From Sphingobium ummariense RL-3 (GTDB lineage Bacteria; Pseudomonadota; Alphaproteobacteria; Sphingomonadales; Sphingomonadaceae), in NCBI RefSeq assembly GCF_000447205.1, contig NZ_AUWY01000019.1, forward strand, positions 46,440-110,439: 64,000 nucleotides of DNA. Direction: 5' to 3'. Below the pieces are notes generated by a model. The model worked only from the letters and a program-made list of their open reading frames with translations, was not told where the DNA came from and searched no databases. Every line of letters begins with the position of its first letter. The first letter of the stretch is position 1. The translations under genes and the position numbers were made by a program. This document shows positions 30,888-41,667 of this stretch, in pieces.

Positions 30888-31391
30888 ATGGCGGGTCGTT
30901 GGGCATGGACGGTTGCGGCGGCACTGGCGTTCGCAGTCGCAACACCGGCGCAGGCCGCGAAAGAGCCGGTGATCGACGCCCCTGCCCCACCCTTCGAACT
31001 GACCCTGATCGACGGCTCGAAGGTTTCGCTCGCCGACCTCAAGGGCCAGGTCGTGGTGCTCAATTTCTGGGCGACCTGGTGCGTCCCCTGCCGCAAGGAA
31101 CTGCCGACGCTCGACGCCTATTATGCGGCGCAGCAGAAGCACGGGCTGAAGATCTTCGCCATCACCACGGAGGACTCCGTGCCGATCGGCCGCCTCAAGA
31201 AGCTGTTCGCGGTCATGAAGATGCCTTCCGCCCGGCGCATCAAGGGTGCCTATGGCCCGCTGACCGGCGTCCCCACCAACTTCGTCATCGATCGCGCCGG
31301 CGTGCTCCGCTACGCGAAGTCCGGCGCCTTCGACCTCGACGCGCTCAACGCCCTGCTCGTGCCGTTGCTGCGGGAAAAGGCGCCGGAATGA
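30888..31391 (+). CDS. TlpA/ResA-like periplasmic thiol:disulfide oxidoreductase (thioredoxin fold)
   Basis: Signal peptide plus WATWCVPC (CxxC) motif. SD ggggaagg precedes the ATG at 30888. Confidence 0.8.
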   Translation: MAGRWAWTVAAALAFAVATPAQAAKEPVIDAPAPPFELTLIDGSKVSLADLKGQVVVLNFWATWCVPCRKELPTLDAYYAAQQKHGLKIFAITTEDSVPIGRLKKLFAVMKMPSARRIKGAYGPLTGVPTNFVIDRAGVLRYAKSGAFDLDALNALLVPLLREKAPE

Positions 31392-31427
31392 GAAAGGGCG
31401 GCGCCATTCGCGCCGCCTTTCCCCTTT

Positions 31428-32573
31428 TCAGTCCCTGGCCCTGAGGCTGACGAGGCGATCGAGCACCGCGTTCAACCCCTCGCCCGAGGAAGCATGCACG
31501 TCGATGCGGCCGATCTTCTCGGTCACGCGCTCGAGCGATTCCAGCTCCTTGAGCCGCAGCAGCGTCGGATTGTCCTCCATCAGCTTCGCCGTGTTGAGCA
31601 GCGAGCGGGTGGCGGCGGTCTCCTCGCGCCGACGGATCAGGTTAGCCTGCGCGGTCTTTTCCGCCTCGACCACCTTATTGATCAGTTCGCGCATGTCGCC
31701 GGGCAGGATGACGTCCTTGATACCAAGTTCCGTCACCGCCACCCCCGTGCCGCCGATCGCCGCGCGGACATGCTCGACGATCTGCCGGTCGACCGAAACA
31801 CGATCGCTCAGCACCTCGTCCAGCGTCCGCCCGCCGATCGCCTCACGCACGGCGAACTGCACCAGCTTGTAGACATGGGCCTGGAAATCGGGAGTCGACA
31901 GCGCCGCCTGGCGCGCATCGACCACCTTGACGAAGGCGGTCAGCGTCACGCGCAGCGACACCTTGTCCCGCGTCAATATCTCCTGCGCCGTCACTTCCAC
32001 GGGCAGCGGCCGCATGTCGATGACCTTCGCCGTCACCTTGCGCCCGATCTGCCAGTATCCATACCGGCCCGGCCCCAGCGTCTCGACCAGTTCGCCGTCG
32101 AAGAAGACCAGCGCCTCCTCCGCCTCACTGACGTTCACGACAGCGATGTTCGACAGGGGCGAAGCCACAACCGTCGTCGCCTTCTCGAACGCCACGAGCT
32201 GCTCGCGCGTCAAGCGAGGTTGCACGAGGATATCGAACGTCTCGACCTCGACCGTCTTGAGCACCGTCCAGACATGGACGGTTTCGCCCGGCCGGACGAT
32301 GAACGACGCGCGTCCGTCGAGCCGGACGACCGCGACCTGCCCTTCCTCGACCTTGACGGTCTGGAAATATTCGGCAGCGATCTCCGGATGCCCCTTGGCG
32401 ATCAGCTCCGCCCAAGGCGAAGCGAACATGCCGGTTGCGTCGAACAGCTCAAATTCGTACCGGCCGAGCGGATCGAAGATACGCTGCCGGCCCGGTTCGA
32501 GCATGCGGATGAAGCGGCCATCCCGGATGAGGAGGCCGCGCTGCTTTTCGGAAACAATGAAGCTGTTGTACAT
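31428..32573 (-). CDS. SPFH/Band-7 domain protein (slipin-like)
   Basis: SPFH-domain pattern with a C-terminal coiled coil (EAEKTAQANLIRRREE...). Start taken at MYNSFIV with the SD gaggagg. Confidence 0.75.
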   Translation of the reverse strand: MYNSFIVSEKQRGLLIRDGRFIRMLEPGRQRIFDPLGRYEFELFDATGMFASPWAELIAKGHPEIAAEYFQTVKVEEGQVAVVRLDGRASFIVRPGETVHVWTVLKTVEVETFDILVQPRLTREQLVAFEKATTVVASPLSNIAVVNVSEAEEALVFFDGELVETLGPGRYGYWQIGRKVTAKVIDMRPLPVEVTAQEILTRDKVSLRVTLTAFVKVVDARQAALSTPDFQAHVYKLVQFAVREAIGGRTLDEVLSDRVSVDRQIVEHVRAAIGGTGVAVTELGIKDVILPGDMRELINKVVEAEKTAQANLIRRREETAATRSLLNTAKLMEDNPTLLRLKELESLERVTEKIGRIDVHASSGEGLNAVLDRLVSLRARD

Positions 32574-33047
32574 TGTCGCCCTCCTCTTTTGGAGGGCTGA
32601 CGACAAATCCGGTCATGCCGCGCCAGATGAAGGCGGCACCACCGGCAGGGCGCGTTACCGCTCGCCTGACCCTGCGTTCCGCCGATGTAGGTTCGGAATC
32701 ACCAAATTCTCACCAGCCCGGTTTGCCGCAGGGCACCATGCCAAGCGGGGAAATGCGCCGGTAAAGGAGCATTGTGGCGATTTCAAGACAGGAGAAGGAG
32801 GGTCAGGTCGGCCGGCGGCGCGTTCCCGCTTCAAGGATGGCGGGCCAGTGCTTGAGGCGGTATCTGCTCGATCGGCCGCCGGTCCAGCCGGAGCGGGACA
32901 GGCGCGGTGTCGCATTGATGACCGCCGGTATCCGCACCGGCGCTGAGCCCCTCAAAGGGTGCCGCGGAAGAAATCGGGTTTCCCCTCATCCAACCTTGGC
33001 CTGAACGCCCCGCCAGCTTCCCATCGGTTGCAAAGCCGGTTCAGGGC

Positions 33048-33124
33048 TTGTCGGAGCGGGATTCGAACCCGCGCCAAGTAGATTTACGGTCTACTGCTCT
33101 CCCACTGAGCTATCCGAAAGCGGT
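33048..33124 (-). other. tRNA-like sequence 1 (degenerate cloverleaf; anticodon-loop reads CCGUAAA, U1-A72 and a U-C mismatch in the acceptor stem); possible tRNA pseudogene/remnant
   Basis: Reverse complement reads TTTCGGA TA GCTC AGTGGGA GAGC A GTAGA CCGTAAA TCTAC TTGGC GCGGG TTCGAAT CCCGC TCCGACA. The D-arm and T-arm are canonical; the anticodon loop and acceptor stem are non-canonical. Confidence 0.4.
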
Positions 33125-33190
33125 GGAATCGAACCACCAGTCTGGTTCCCAAGACCAGTGCTCACCCATGAGCGTGGTGGGCATCCTCCA
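33119..33190 (-). other. tRNA-like sequence 2 (D-arm-like, UGG-anticodon-like arm and canonical T-arm GGTGG TTCGATT CCACC, but no matching acceptor stem)
   Basis: Reverse complement reads ...CACGCTCATGGGTGAGCA CTGGT CTTGGGA ACCAG ACT GGTGGTTCGATTCCACC GCTTTCG. It overlaps tRNA-like 1 by about 6 nt. Confidence 0.3.
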
Positions 33191-33301
33191 TGGAACACGG
33201 CATCGGCAGTGCCGCCCGCGCCCCCGGGGTGTCGGCGAGCCCCTGGGAAATGGAATCTGTCCGGCGCGGGCCTATAAAGGTGCCGCGCCAGAAAGTCCAG
33301 T

Positions 33302-34504
33302 TCACCCCATCAGCGCCTTGACGCCCGGCAGCTCCTTGCCTTCCATCCATTCCAGGAAGGCGCCGCCCGCGGTCGAGACGAAGGTGAAGTCGCCCGCCAC
33401 GCCGGCATGGTTGAGCGCCGCGACCGTGTCGCCGCCGCCCGCGACGGAGGTCAGCTGCCCTTCCTTGGTCAGCGCCGCCGCCGTCTTGGCCAGCGCCACC
33501 GTCGCCTTGTCGAACGGCGCGATCTCGAACGCGCCCAGCGGCCCGTTCCACACCAGCGTCCGGCAGGTCTTGAGCGCGTCGCCCAGCGCCTCGACGGCGG
33601 CCGGGCCGACGTCCAGGATCATCTCGTCCGCCGCGACCTCGTGCACGTTGCAGGTGCGGACCGACGGCGGATTGGCCGCGAATTCCTTGGCCACCACCAC
33701 GTCATAGGGCAGGTGGATGGTGCAGCCGGCCGCGTCCGCCTTGTCCAGGATCGCCTCGGCCGTGTCGGCCAGATCCTTCTCGCACAGCGACTTGCCGACA
33801 TCGACGCCGCGCGCGTGCAGGAAGGTGTTGGCCATGCCGCCGCCGATGATCAGGTGATCGACCTTGGCGACCAGGTTGTTGAGCACGTCGAGCTTGGTGG
33901 ACACCTTCGCCCCGCCGACCACCGCCGCCACCGGCTTCACCGGCTGGCCCAGCGCCGCCTCCAGCGCGTCCAGCTCCTTTTCCATCGACCGCCCGGCAAA
34001 GGCGGGCAGCCTGTGCGCCAGCCCCTCGGTCGAGGCATGGGCGCGGTGCGCGGCGGAAAAGGCGTCGTTGACATAGAGGTCGCCGATCGCCGCCATCGCC
34101 TCGACCAGCGCCGGGTCGTTCTTCTCCTCGCCCGCGTGGAAACGGGTGTTCTCCAGGATCGCGATATCGCCCGGACGCATCACCGCGATGCCGTCCACCG
34201 CCGCCTCGCCGCAGCAATCGGGGATGAACTGCACGTCGCGGCCCAGCACCTGCGTCAGCGGGCGGGTGATCTTGCTCAGCGAATATTCCGGGTTCTTCTG
34301 CCCCTTGGGACGCCCGAAATGCGCGAGGATCAGCACCTTGGCGCCGCGATCGGCCAGTTCCAGGATCGTCGGCATCGCCGCGCGCAGGCGCGTGTCGTCG
34401 GACACGCTCCCATCCTGCATCGGCACGTTCAGATCTTCGCGCACCAGCACGGCCTTGCCGCTGATGTCGCCCATGTCGTCAAGCGTCTTGAAAGGTCTAG
34501 CCAT
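33302..34504 (-). CDS. pgk: Phosphoglycerate kinase
   Basis: Typical PGK motifs ([10 protein letters not shown] and the hinge/C-domain GGGA...). Start taken at [10 protein letters not shown]. Confidence 0.9.
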   Translation of the reverse strand: MARPFKTLDDMGDISGKAVLVREDLNVPMQDGSVSDDTRLRAAMPTILELADRGAKVLILAHFGRPKGQKNPEYSLSKITRPLTQVLGRDVQFIPDCCGEAAVDGIAVMRPGDIAILENTRFHAGEEKNDPALVEAMAAIGDLYVNDAFSAAHRAHASTEGLAHRLPAFAGRSMEKELDALEAALGQPVKPVAAVVGGAKVSTKLDVLNNLVAKVDHLIIGGGMANTFLHARGVDVGKSLCEKDLADTAEAILDKADAAGCTIHLPYDVVVAKEFAANPPSVRTCNVHEVAADEMILDVGPAAVEALGDALKTCRTLVWNGPLGAFEIAPFDKATVALAKTAAALTKEGQLTSVAGGGDTVAALNHAGVAGDFTFVSTAGGAFLEWMEGKELPGVKALMG

Positions 34505-34532
34505 GGTCATACTCCCAAGCCCCGACAAATAC

Positions 34533-34643
34533 CCGTTCGCCCTGAGTAGCCGCTGAGCCTGTCGAAGCGGCGTATCGAAGGGTTGAGGCGGATGCTTCGA
34601 TACGGGACTTCGACAAGCTCAGTCCCTACTCAGCACGAACGGA
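34533..34643. repeat. Family B MITE-like element (copy B3) between pgk and gap
   Basis: ccgttcgccctgagtagccgctgagcctgtcgaagcggcgtatcgaagg ... cttcgacaagctcagtccctactcagcacgaacgg. Confidence 0.8.
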
Positions 34644-34656
34644 TGAGGAAGTACGC

Positions 34657-35667
34657 TTACAGCAGCCCCGCCACGACCCCGGTCGTGTCGATCATGCGGT
34701 TGGAAAAGCCCCATTCATTGTCGTACCAGCTCAGCACGCGGACCAGCTTGCCCTCGATGACGGCGGTCTCCAGGCTGTCGACGGTGGAGCTGCGCGGATC
34801 GCCATTATAGTCGATCGACACCAGCGGCTCGTCCGAATAGCCTAGGATGCCCTTGAGCGGCCCGGCTTCCGACGCCGCCTTCAGCGCGCCGTTGACTTCC
34901 TCGACGCTCGTGTCGCGGCTGGGGATGAACTTCAGGTCGACGACCGACACGTTCGGCGTCGGCACGCGCACCGAAGACCCGTCCAGCTTGCCCTTCAGCT
35001 CGGGCAGCACCTCGCCCACCGCGCGGGCGGCGCCGGTGGTGGTGGGGATCTGCGACAGGGCGGCGGCACGGGCGCGGCGCATGTCCTTGTGCAGCTGGTC
35101 CAGCGTGTTCTGGTCGTTGGTGTAGCTGTGGATCGTGGTCATGAAGCCGCGCTCGATGCCGATCGCGTCGTGCAGCACCTTGGCGAGCGGGGCGAGGCAG
35201 TTGGTGGTGCAGCTGGCGTTGGAGATCACGATGTCGTCGGCGGTCAGCGCGCCATGGTTGACGCCGAACACGATGGTCTTGTCGACCCCGGTGGCCGGGG
35301 CGGAGATGACGACGCGCTTGGCGCCCGCGGTCAGATGGGCGCTCGCCTTCTCCTTGCTGGCGAAGATGCCGGTGCACTCCAGCGCGATCTCGACGCCCTG
35401 CGCCGCGTGCGGCAGCTTGGCAGGGTCACGCTCGGCGGTCACGGCGATGCGCTTGCCGTCGATCACCAGGAAATCGCCGTCGACCTCGACCGTGCCGGCC
35501 CAGTTGCCATGCACGCTGTCGCGCTTGAACAGCAGGGCGTTCGACTTGGCGTCGCCCAGGTCGTTGATGCTGACCAGCTCCAGGTCATGATCCGTGCGCG
35601 ACAGGATGGCGCGCGCCACGAGGCGGCCGATGCGTCCGAAACCGTTGATTGCTACCTTCGTTGCCAC
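34657..35667 (-). CDS. gap: Glyceraldehyde-3-phosphate dehydrogenase
   Basis: [12 protein letters not shown]-binding motif and the active-site [10 protein letters not shown]. Confidence 0.95.
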   Translation of the reverse strand: MATKVAINGFGRIGRLVARAILSRTDHDLELVSINDLGDAKSNALLFKRDSVHGNWAGTVEVDGDFLVIDGKRIAVTAERDPAKLPHAAQGVEIALECTGIFASKEKASAHLTAGAKRVVISAPATGVDKTIVFGVNHGALTADDIVISNASCTTNCLAPLAKVLHDAIGIERGFMTTIHSYTNDQNTLDQLHKDMRRARAAALSQIPTTTGAARAVGEVLPELKGKLDGSSVRVPTPNVSVVDLKFIPSRDTSVEEVNGALKAASEAGPLKGILGYSDEPLVSIDYNGDPRSSTVDSLETAVIEGKLVRVLSWYDNEWGFSNRMIDTTGVVAGLL

Positions 35668-35692
35668 TGCACTAGCCTCCTCAGGGTGATGA

Positions 35693-37657
35693 TCAGTTGT
35701 CGAGAGCAGCCGCGATCTGCGGCGCGATCTTGGCGGCGGTCAGGCCGAAATGGTCGTAAAGCGCTTCCGCCGGGGCCGACGCGCCGAAGCTGTCGATGCC
35801 GAAGCGCAGGCCGGCGATGCCGGTATAGCGTTCCCAGCCGAAGGTCGTTCCCGCCTCGATCGAAACGCGCAGCACATGATGCGGCAGCAGGTCGGTCTTG
35901 TAGGCGTCGGGCTGCGCCTCGAAATGCGCCCAGCTCGGCATGGAGACGACATCCGCGCCGATGCCTTGCTCTTCCAGCAGCCTGGCGGTGGCGACGGCGA
36001 TCTCGACCTCCGAACCCGTGGCGATCAGCACGACCTTGCGCGCGGCGGTCGCGGCGACCAGGCGATAGGCGCCCTTGGCCGACAGGTTCTCGCTCTTTTC
36101 GGTGCGCAGCTGCGGCAGGTTCTGGCGGGTCAGCGCCAGCACCGACGGGCCGTCCGCATCCTTCAGCGCCAGTTCCCAGCATTCCGCCGCCTCGACGATG
36201 TCGGCCGGGCGGTACACGTCCAGGTTCGGGATCATGCGCATCGACATGACATGCTCGATCGGCTGGTGGGTCGGGCCGTCCTCGCCCAGGCCGATGGAAT
36301 CATGCGTCAGCACGAAGATCGACCGGATCTGCTGCAGCGCCGCCAGCCGGATGCCCGCGCGCATATAGTCGGAAAAGACCAGGAAGGTGCCGCCATAGGG
36401 AATGACGCCACCGTGCAGCGCCATGCCGTTCATCGCGCAGGCCATGCCGAATTCGCGGATGCCGTAATAGACATAGCGGCCGGCATAATCGTCGCGGGTC
36501 AGCGGCCCGGTCGACTTGGTCTTGGTGTTGTTGGAACCGGTCAGGTCCGCCGATCCGCCCACCGTCTCGGGCAGCAGGTCGTTGATCGCGCCCAGCGCCA
36601 GCTCGCTCGCCTTGCGGGTCGCGACCTTCTGCGGGTTGGCGATCAGGCTGTCGATATAGGCCTCGAGCGAGAAGCCTTCGGGCAGTTCGCCCGCCATGCG
36701 GCGCGAAAACTCGCCGCCCTGCTCATGGCCTGCCAGCCGGCCTTCCCACGCGGCACGGACGTCCGCCCCCTTCGCGCCGATGGCCTTCCACGCGGCGGCG
36801 ATGTCCTCGGGGATGACGAACGGCTCGGCGGTCCAGCCCAGGAATTCGCGCGCGGCCGCAACCTCGGCCTCGCCCAGCGCGGAGCCGTGGACGCCCGAGG
36901 TGCCCGCCTTGTTGGGCGCGCCGTAGCCGATCTTGGTGGCGCAGGCGACCAGCGACGGGCGCGGGTCGGCCAGCGCCTCGTCGATGGCGCGGCGCACGTC
37001 GGCGACGTCATGGCCGTCGCAGGACACGACGTGCCAGCCGGTCGCGGCATAGCGCGCGCGGACATCCTCGTTGCTCGACAGGTCTACCGCGCCGTCGATG
37101 GTGATCTTGTTGTCGTCCCACAGCACGATCAGCCGGCCCAGGTTCAGGTGGCCGGCGAGCCCGATCGCCTCATGGTTGATGCCTTCCATCAGGCAGCCGT
37201 CGCCCGCGATCACCCAGGTCCGGTGGTCGACTAGGTCGCCGAACTGCGCATTCAGGTGCCGCTCCGCGATCGCCATGCCGACGGCGGTGGCAAGGCCCGA
37301 TCCCAGCGGCCCGGTGGTCGCCTCGACCCCAGCCAGCTCGAAATTCTCGGGATGACCCGCGCACGGGCTGCCGAGCTGGCGGAAGTTGCGGATGTCCTCC
37401 ATCGTCGGCCGCGCATAGCCGGTCAGGTGCAGCAGCGAATAGATCAGCATCGACCCATGCCCCGCCGACAGCACGAAGCGGTCGCGGTCGGCCCATTTCG
37501 GCGCGGCGGGATCGAACTTCAGATAATCCTTGAACAGGACGGTCGCGACATCGGCCATGCCCATCGGCATTCCCGGATGCCCGCTGTTGGCGGCCTGCAC
37601 GGCGTCCATGGAGAGCGCGCGGATCGCGTTGGCGAGCGACATGTCGGAAACTGTCAT
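35693..37657 (-). CDS. tkt: Transketolase
   Basis: TPP-binding motifs ([20 protein letters not shown]) and the C-terminal domain. The start is ambiguous between ATG codons at 37657 and 37642. Confidence 0.9.
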   Translation of the reverse strand: MTVSDMSLANAIRALSMDAVQAANSGHPGMPMGMADVATVLFKDYLKFDPAAPKWADRDRFVLSAGHGSMLIYSLLHLTGYARPTMEDIRNFRQLGSPCAGHPENFELAGVEATTGPLGSGLATAVGMAIAERHLNAQFGDLVDHRTWVIAGDGCLMEGINHEAIGLAGHLNLGRLIVLWDDNKITIDGAVDLSSNEDVRARYAATGWHVVSCDGHDVADVRRAIDEALADPRPSLVACATKIGYGAPNKAGTSGVHGSALGEAEVAAAREFLGWTAEPFVIPEDIAAAWKAIGAKGADVRAAWEGRLAGHEQGGEFSRRMAGELPEGFSLEAYIDSLIANPQKVATRKASELALGAINDLLPETVGGSADLTGSNNTKTKSTGPLTRDDYAGRYVYYGIREFGMACAMNGMALHGGVIPYGGTFLVFSDYMRAGIRLAALQQIRSIFVLTHDSIGLGEDGPTHQPIEHVMSMRMIPNLDVYRPADIVEAAECWELALKDADGPSVLALTRQNLPQLRTEKSENLSAKGAYRLVAATAARKVVLIATGSEVEIAVATARLLEEQGIGADVVSMPSWAHFEAQPDAYKTDLLPHHVLRVSIEAGTTFGWERYTGIAGLRFGIDSFGASAPAEALYDHFGLTAAKIAPQIAAALDN

Positions 37658-37832
37658 CGAGGCGGGCGTCTTTCCTGCACTGTGATAGAGCGGCCCCCTG
37701 TAGGCCGACGAATCGAGATCGGGCCTCCTTTGTCGCGTCAAGCCCGATGCGTCAACCGCAGCAGACCTTCGTCCGGCCCCACGCCGTTCAATGGCGTCTT
37801 TTACAGGCTGAAAACTTTGCTATGCCTGTGCC

Positions 37833-38024
37833 ATGGCAAGCGACCGCATGATGCAGGCGATCGGCGCGCTGGAGCGCGCGATCAGCCGGCTGGAACAGAC
37901 CGTGGCGACGCTGTCGGACAGCGCCCCACCCGCCCCCTCCACCATCGACGAATCCGCCGCGCGCGCGGCACTGCGTTCGCTCGACGAACTGATCGGCGAT
38001 CTTCAGGGGAAAAGACATGGCTGA
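37833..38024 (+). CDS. DUF4164-like small coiled-coil protein (63 aa), upstream partner of zapA
   Basis: Short ORF overlapping the zapA start. This arrangement is conserved in alphaproteobacteria. Confidence 0.5.
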   Translation: MASDRMMQAIGALERAISRLEQTVATLSDSAPPAPSTIDESAARAALRSLDELIGDLQGKRHG

Positions 38025-38352
38025 AACCACGCTGGTCATCGCGGGCCGCCACTATCCCATCCGCTGCCGCGACGGGGAAGAGGCCCATCTCGCCCATCTC
38101 GCCAGCCTGATCGAGCGCAAGGCGAGGCAGGCGCAGCAAAGCACGCCCGGCCTGACCGAAGTGCGCACCCTGCTGTTCGCCGCGCTGTTCCTGGCTGACG
38201 AGCTCAACGACATGAAGCGCGAGGCGATCGGGCGGCAGCAGAGCCTGGCGCTGGAGACCGAGGACGAGCCGGCCGCCCGCGCGGTCGAGGCGCTGGCAGA
38301 CCGTATAGAAAAACTGCGCGACCGCCTTGCCGTGGATGCCCCAGGCGCCTAG
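38017..38352 (+). CDS. zapA: Cell division protein ZapA
   Basis: 111 aa; MAETTLVIAGRHYPIRC... follows the ZapA pattern. Confidence 0.75.
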   Translation: MAETTLVIAGRHYPIRCRDGEEAHLAHLASLIERKARQAQQSTPGLTEVRTLLFAALFLADELNDMKREAIGRQQSLALETEDEPAARAVEALADRIEKLRDRLAVDAPGA

Positions 38353-38354
38353 AT

Positions 38355-38530
38355 TGAGCGGGACGGGTACTGCCTGGCACGAGCTTTAGCGAACATCCCT
38401 GAGGCGATAATCACATCCAAGGGGGCTGTCCCTGGGCGGGTTCAGGCCCGATCTATATGGTCCCCACCTGACGTTGAGGCGTCAGAGGATTTTCCAGCAA
38501 ACGACCGAGGCGGTCCCGTCACCCTTTGCT
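38355..38530 (+). ncRNA. ssrS: Candidate 6S RNA (ssrS)
   Basis: About 175-nt non-coding gap between zapA and the 5-formyltetrahydrofolate cyclo-ligase gene. zapA-ssrS-ygfA is the widely conserved 6S locus. A closing stem is visible (5' GACGGG at about 38362 pairing with 3' CCCGTC at about 38512), with internal GC-rich helices. Not verified by a covariance model. Confidence 0.5.
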
Positions 38531-38545
38531 GCACATTTCATTTCT

Positions 38546-38718
38546 CCGTTCGTCCCGAGTAGGGGCTGAGCTTGTCGAAGTTGAATAGGCCGGATTGTCC
38601 CCCGGACAATCCTGAACCATCCGGGGGATGGTTAACCTATTCAAGTATCGAGAGGCCTCGCACGACTTAGTCCTTCGATACGCCGCTTCGACAAGCTCAG
38701 CGGCTACTCAGGAGGAAC
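38546..38718. repeat. Family B MITE-like element (copy B4), a composite copy with an approximately 80-bp internal insertion carrying its own palindromes
   Basis: Arms ccgttcgtcccgagtaggggctgagcttgtcgaag ... cttcgacaagctcagcggctactcagg. The internal segment contains ggattgtcccccggacaatcc and ccatccgggggatgg. Confidence 0.7.
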
Positions 38719-38783
38719 GATGGATGGAGCAACGGCAATCCCTCCCCTATCCTCCGCCCCGTGCCTCCTGTAAGGCCGCCCGC

Positions 38784-39386
38784 ATGACCGACGACACTTC
38801 CGATCCGGCCGACAAGGGCAGGCTGCGCATGATCGCCCGGCGACGGCGGCGGGCCTTCGTCGCGACTCTCGACCCGCTGGCCCACCGGCTGGCGTTCAAG
38901 GTCATCCCCTCGCCTCTCGCCCGCCGTCTGCAGGACGTGCGCACGGTGGCGCTCTACATGGGCCTCGATGACGAGGCGCCGGCCCAGCGGCTCGCGGCGC
39001 AGCTCGTTGCCATGGGCAAGGCCGTGGCGCTTCCCCGCGTGCTCGATCGCCTGGGCAGCATGGACTTCCTTCCCTGGCGGCCGGAGGACCAGCTCTTCCC
39101 AGGCCTGTTCGGCACCAGCCACCCCGCGCCCGCAGGCGTGCCGGTCGTGCCGGACGCGATCGTGGCGCCGCTGCTGGGCTTCGACAAGGCGATGAACCGG
39201 CTGGGCCAGGGCGGCGGCTATTATGACCGCGCCTTCGCCCGCTGGCCCGACGCGCTGCGCATCGGCCTTGCCTGGTCGGTGCAGGAAATCGACGCCGTTC
39301 CCGCCGACCCGTGGGATCTGCCGCTCGACATGGTCATGACCGAAATCGCGCTGATCGAAGGAGACACCACCGATGAAGGCGCATGA
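38784..39386 (+). CDS. 5-formyltetrahydrofolate cyclo-ligase (YgfA/Fau family)
   Basis: GGGYYDR motif and overall pattern. Start chosen at MTDDTSD, after the upstream repeat. The track ORF begins inside the repeat. Confidence 0.7.
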   Translation: MTDDTSDPADKGRLRMIARRRRRAFVATLDPLAHRLAFKVIPSPLARRLQDVRTVALYMGLDDEAPAQRLAAQLVAMGKAVALPRVLDRLGSMDFLPWRPEDQLFPGLFGTSHPAPAGVPVVPDAIVAPLLGFDKAMNRLGQGGGYYDRAFARWPDALRIGLAWSVQEIDAVPADPWDLPLDMVMTEIALIEGDTTDEGA

Positions 39387-39600
39387 GCCAAGCTGGCGCA
39401 AGCCCGCGGGCATGTTCGCGATCCTGCTCCTCATCACGCTCTGGGCGGTGATGGTGGGCAGCCTGTCGGGCTTCATCGGCCGCCTGCCGATGCTGCTGCA
39501 GGTGCCGGTCTATGTCGCGCTGGGAATCGTCTGGATCTGGATCCTGCCCCTGAAGCGCCTGCTGCTCTGGATGGAAACCGGCCGCTGGCGCTTTCCCTGA
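39373..39600 (+). CDS. DUF2842-like small membrane protein (75 aa, 2 TM)
   Basis: ATGA overlap with the preceding gene; hydrophobic. Confidence 0.5.
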   Translation: MKAHEPSWRKPAGMFAILLLITLWAVMVGSLSGFIGRLPMLLQVPVYVALGIVWIWILPLKRLLLWMETGRWRFP

Positions 39601-39677
39601 GCGCAGCCCAGGCATCGTTCCGTTTCGTTTAGCGGGGGTCCAGTCTTGATGACTGGGGGCCACTTTCCTGTCGAAAG

Positions 39678-39754
<77 letters not shown>

Positions 39755-39796
39755 GTTCGGTGTGGAGCGGCCATCTATGCGGGCACGCTCCCCCTG

Positions 39797-40950
39797 TCAA
39801 CCGCCTGCGTCGGGACTTTCTTCTTTCTCGTCATTTTCTTTGCGAGGGGTCACCGTCAGCGTCCCCTGCTCGAACAGGAAGCCCGCGATATCCGGCGTTC
39901 CCGCGGCCGCAACGACGGTCTGGATGATGATCAGCAGCGGCACGCCCAGCAGCGCGCCGGGCGTCCCCCACACCCATCCCCAGAAGGTCAGCGACACCAG
40001 AATCAGCAGCGGGTTCATGGTCAGCCGCCGCCCCAGGACCAGCGGCGTGACGACATTGGCCTCGACCAGGTGAAAGCCGATCTGCAGCACCGCCGGCAGC
40101 ACCGCCACCCACACGTCGTCGAACACCATCAGGCCGCCCAGCCCCAGCAGCACCGCCGCCAGCATCGGCCCGAAATAGGGGACGAAGTTCAGCAGCGCGA
40201 CGATGCCGCCCCACATCATCGGGGACGGCATGCCGATCACCCACAGCGCGACCGCGACGGCCATGCCCAGGCACAGGTTGATGGTGGCGATGGTGATGAC
40301 ATAGGCCGACGTCGCGTCGACGACATTCTGGATCACCCGCGCCACTGCAAGGGCGCCGTCGAAACTGCCCCGGCTGTTGATCGTCCGCCGCCGCAGCCGG
40401 GTCCAGCCGGCCAGGAAGAAATAGATGATCAGCAGCCCGAACACCATCTGGATGATCGCGGCGGGCGCTGATGTGGCGGCGAACTGGAGCAGCGAGCGCG
40501 GCGCTTCGACCGCCGCGGTCTGCGCCGCCGCCACCGGCCCGCTCGCCAGCATCTGCACCGTCTCGTCGACGAAGCGCTGGAGCTGCGAATAGAAGTCGAT
40601 CAGCGGCGCCAGGTTCGCCTGGATCTTGGGCAGCCGCTGCGGCAGCACCCGGAACCAGTCGGTCGCCGGCACGACGATCAGCACCAGCGCGGTATTGGCC
40701 ACCAGCAGGAACGCGATCACCGCCAGGAATGCCGCCAGCGCCGACGGCACCCGCCGCCGCTCCATCCATTCCAGGAACGGCACCAGCGCGATCGCGACCA
40801 CCAGCGCGGCGGTCAGCGGCAGGAAGAACTCGGCGCCCGCCCGAAGGGCAAAGGGCATGGCGATCAGCAGGCCGATCCCGCTCGTCAGCGCGATCGACGC
40901 CAGCAGCCGGTCGCGCCGCCTGTTGATCTCCAGCTGCTCAGCGGGTGTCA
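39797..40950 (-). CDS. AI-2E family transporter (PerM/UPF0118-like), about 385 aa
   Basis: Eight or so TM segments in the AI-2E pattern. There is no in-frame ATG near the expected N-terminus, so the start is proposed at GTG 40950 with an upstream aagga. The ORF in the track (to 41194) is probably over-extended. Confidence 0.55.
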
Positions 40951-41111
40951 CGTCCGATCGATCCTTGAAGTCCCCTGCTGCAGATGTGCACCGACCGTCC
41001 CCCCGCGTCAATTTGGGGAAGCCATGCAAGGCATGGAAAAGGGGACGATTAACCAAATATTCGGTCAGCTCCCCTACGTCCGCGCATGGACAGGACGGCA
41101 AGAGGAAGCGC

Positions 41112-41588
41112 ATGACCGGACGCGGAACGACGATCCTTGGCCTGGGCGCCCTTGCCCTGCTGCCGGCGGGCACGCCCGCCATGGCGCAGGACATTCGCGT
41201 CGACCGTCAGATGTTCGTGGAGCGGCTGCACACCGACGCCAATGGCCGCCCCCGCCGCATCCTGGCGAGCGCCGCGCGGGTCGCGCCCGGCGACCGGGTG
41301 GTCGTCCTGCTCCACTGGCGCAACGAAGGACTCCGTTCCGTGCGCGGCTTCGCCCTCACCCAGCCGGTGCCGCGCGGCAGCCTGCCCGACCTGCGCGATC
41401 CCGCCATGCTGCTTTCGGTCGACGGCGGCGCGCACTGGGGACGGCTGGACCAGCTCTGGCTCCCCACCCCGCTCGGCGGGGTGCGGCGCGCCCTGCCGGA
41501 GGATGTCACCCATGTTCGCTGGGCGCTGGCGGACGAGATTCCGGCCGGGGCCACCGGCCGGATCAGCTACCGCGCCACGATCCGCTGA
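41112..41588 (+). CDS. Hypothetical secreted protein (158 aa, signal peptide)
   Basis: SD gaggaag upstream of the ATG at 41112. Signal peptide MTGRGTTILGLGALALLPAGTPAMA. No recognised motif. Confidence 0.5.
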   Translation: MTGRGTTILGLGALALLPAGTPAMAQDIRVDRQMFVERLHTDANGRPRRILASAARVAPGDRVVVLLHWRNEGLRSVRGFALTQPVPRGSLPDLRDPAMLLSVDGGAHWGRLDQLWLPTPLGGVRRALPEDVTHVRWALADEIPAGATGRISYRATIR

Positions 41589-41667
41589 CCTTTCCCGTCG
41601 CCCTTCCCGCTTGAGTCTGCCTCCCTCCCGCCATAGAGCCGGCCCTGGTAGCTGGAGCAGATGATCA

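Noticed and set aside
32574-33190. Possibility that the non-coding region plus the tRNA-like units is a two-piece (permuted) alphaproteobacterial tmRNA gene, or an SRP RNA.
   Set aside because: No tag-peptide reading frame (ANDN...A(L/V)AA-stop) could be found on either strand. The acceptor-like stem has A at position 70, so there is no G3-U70 alanine identity. The T-arm-containing units carry D-arm and anticodon-arm analogues that tmRNA acceptor pieces lack. The SRP domain-IV consensus is absent. Left as unexplained tRNA-like sequences.
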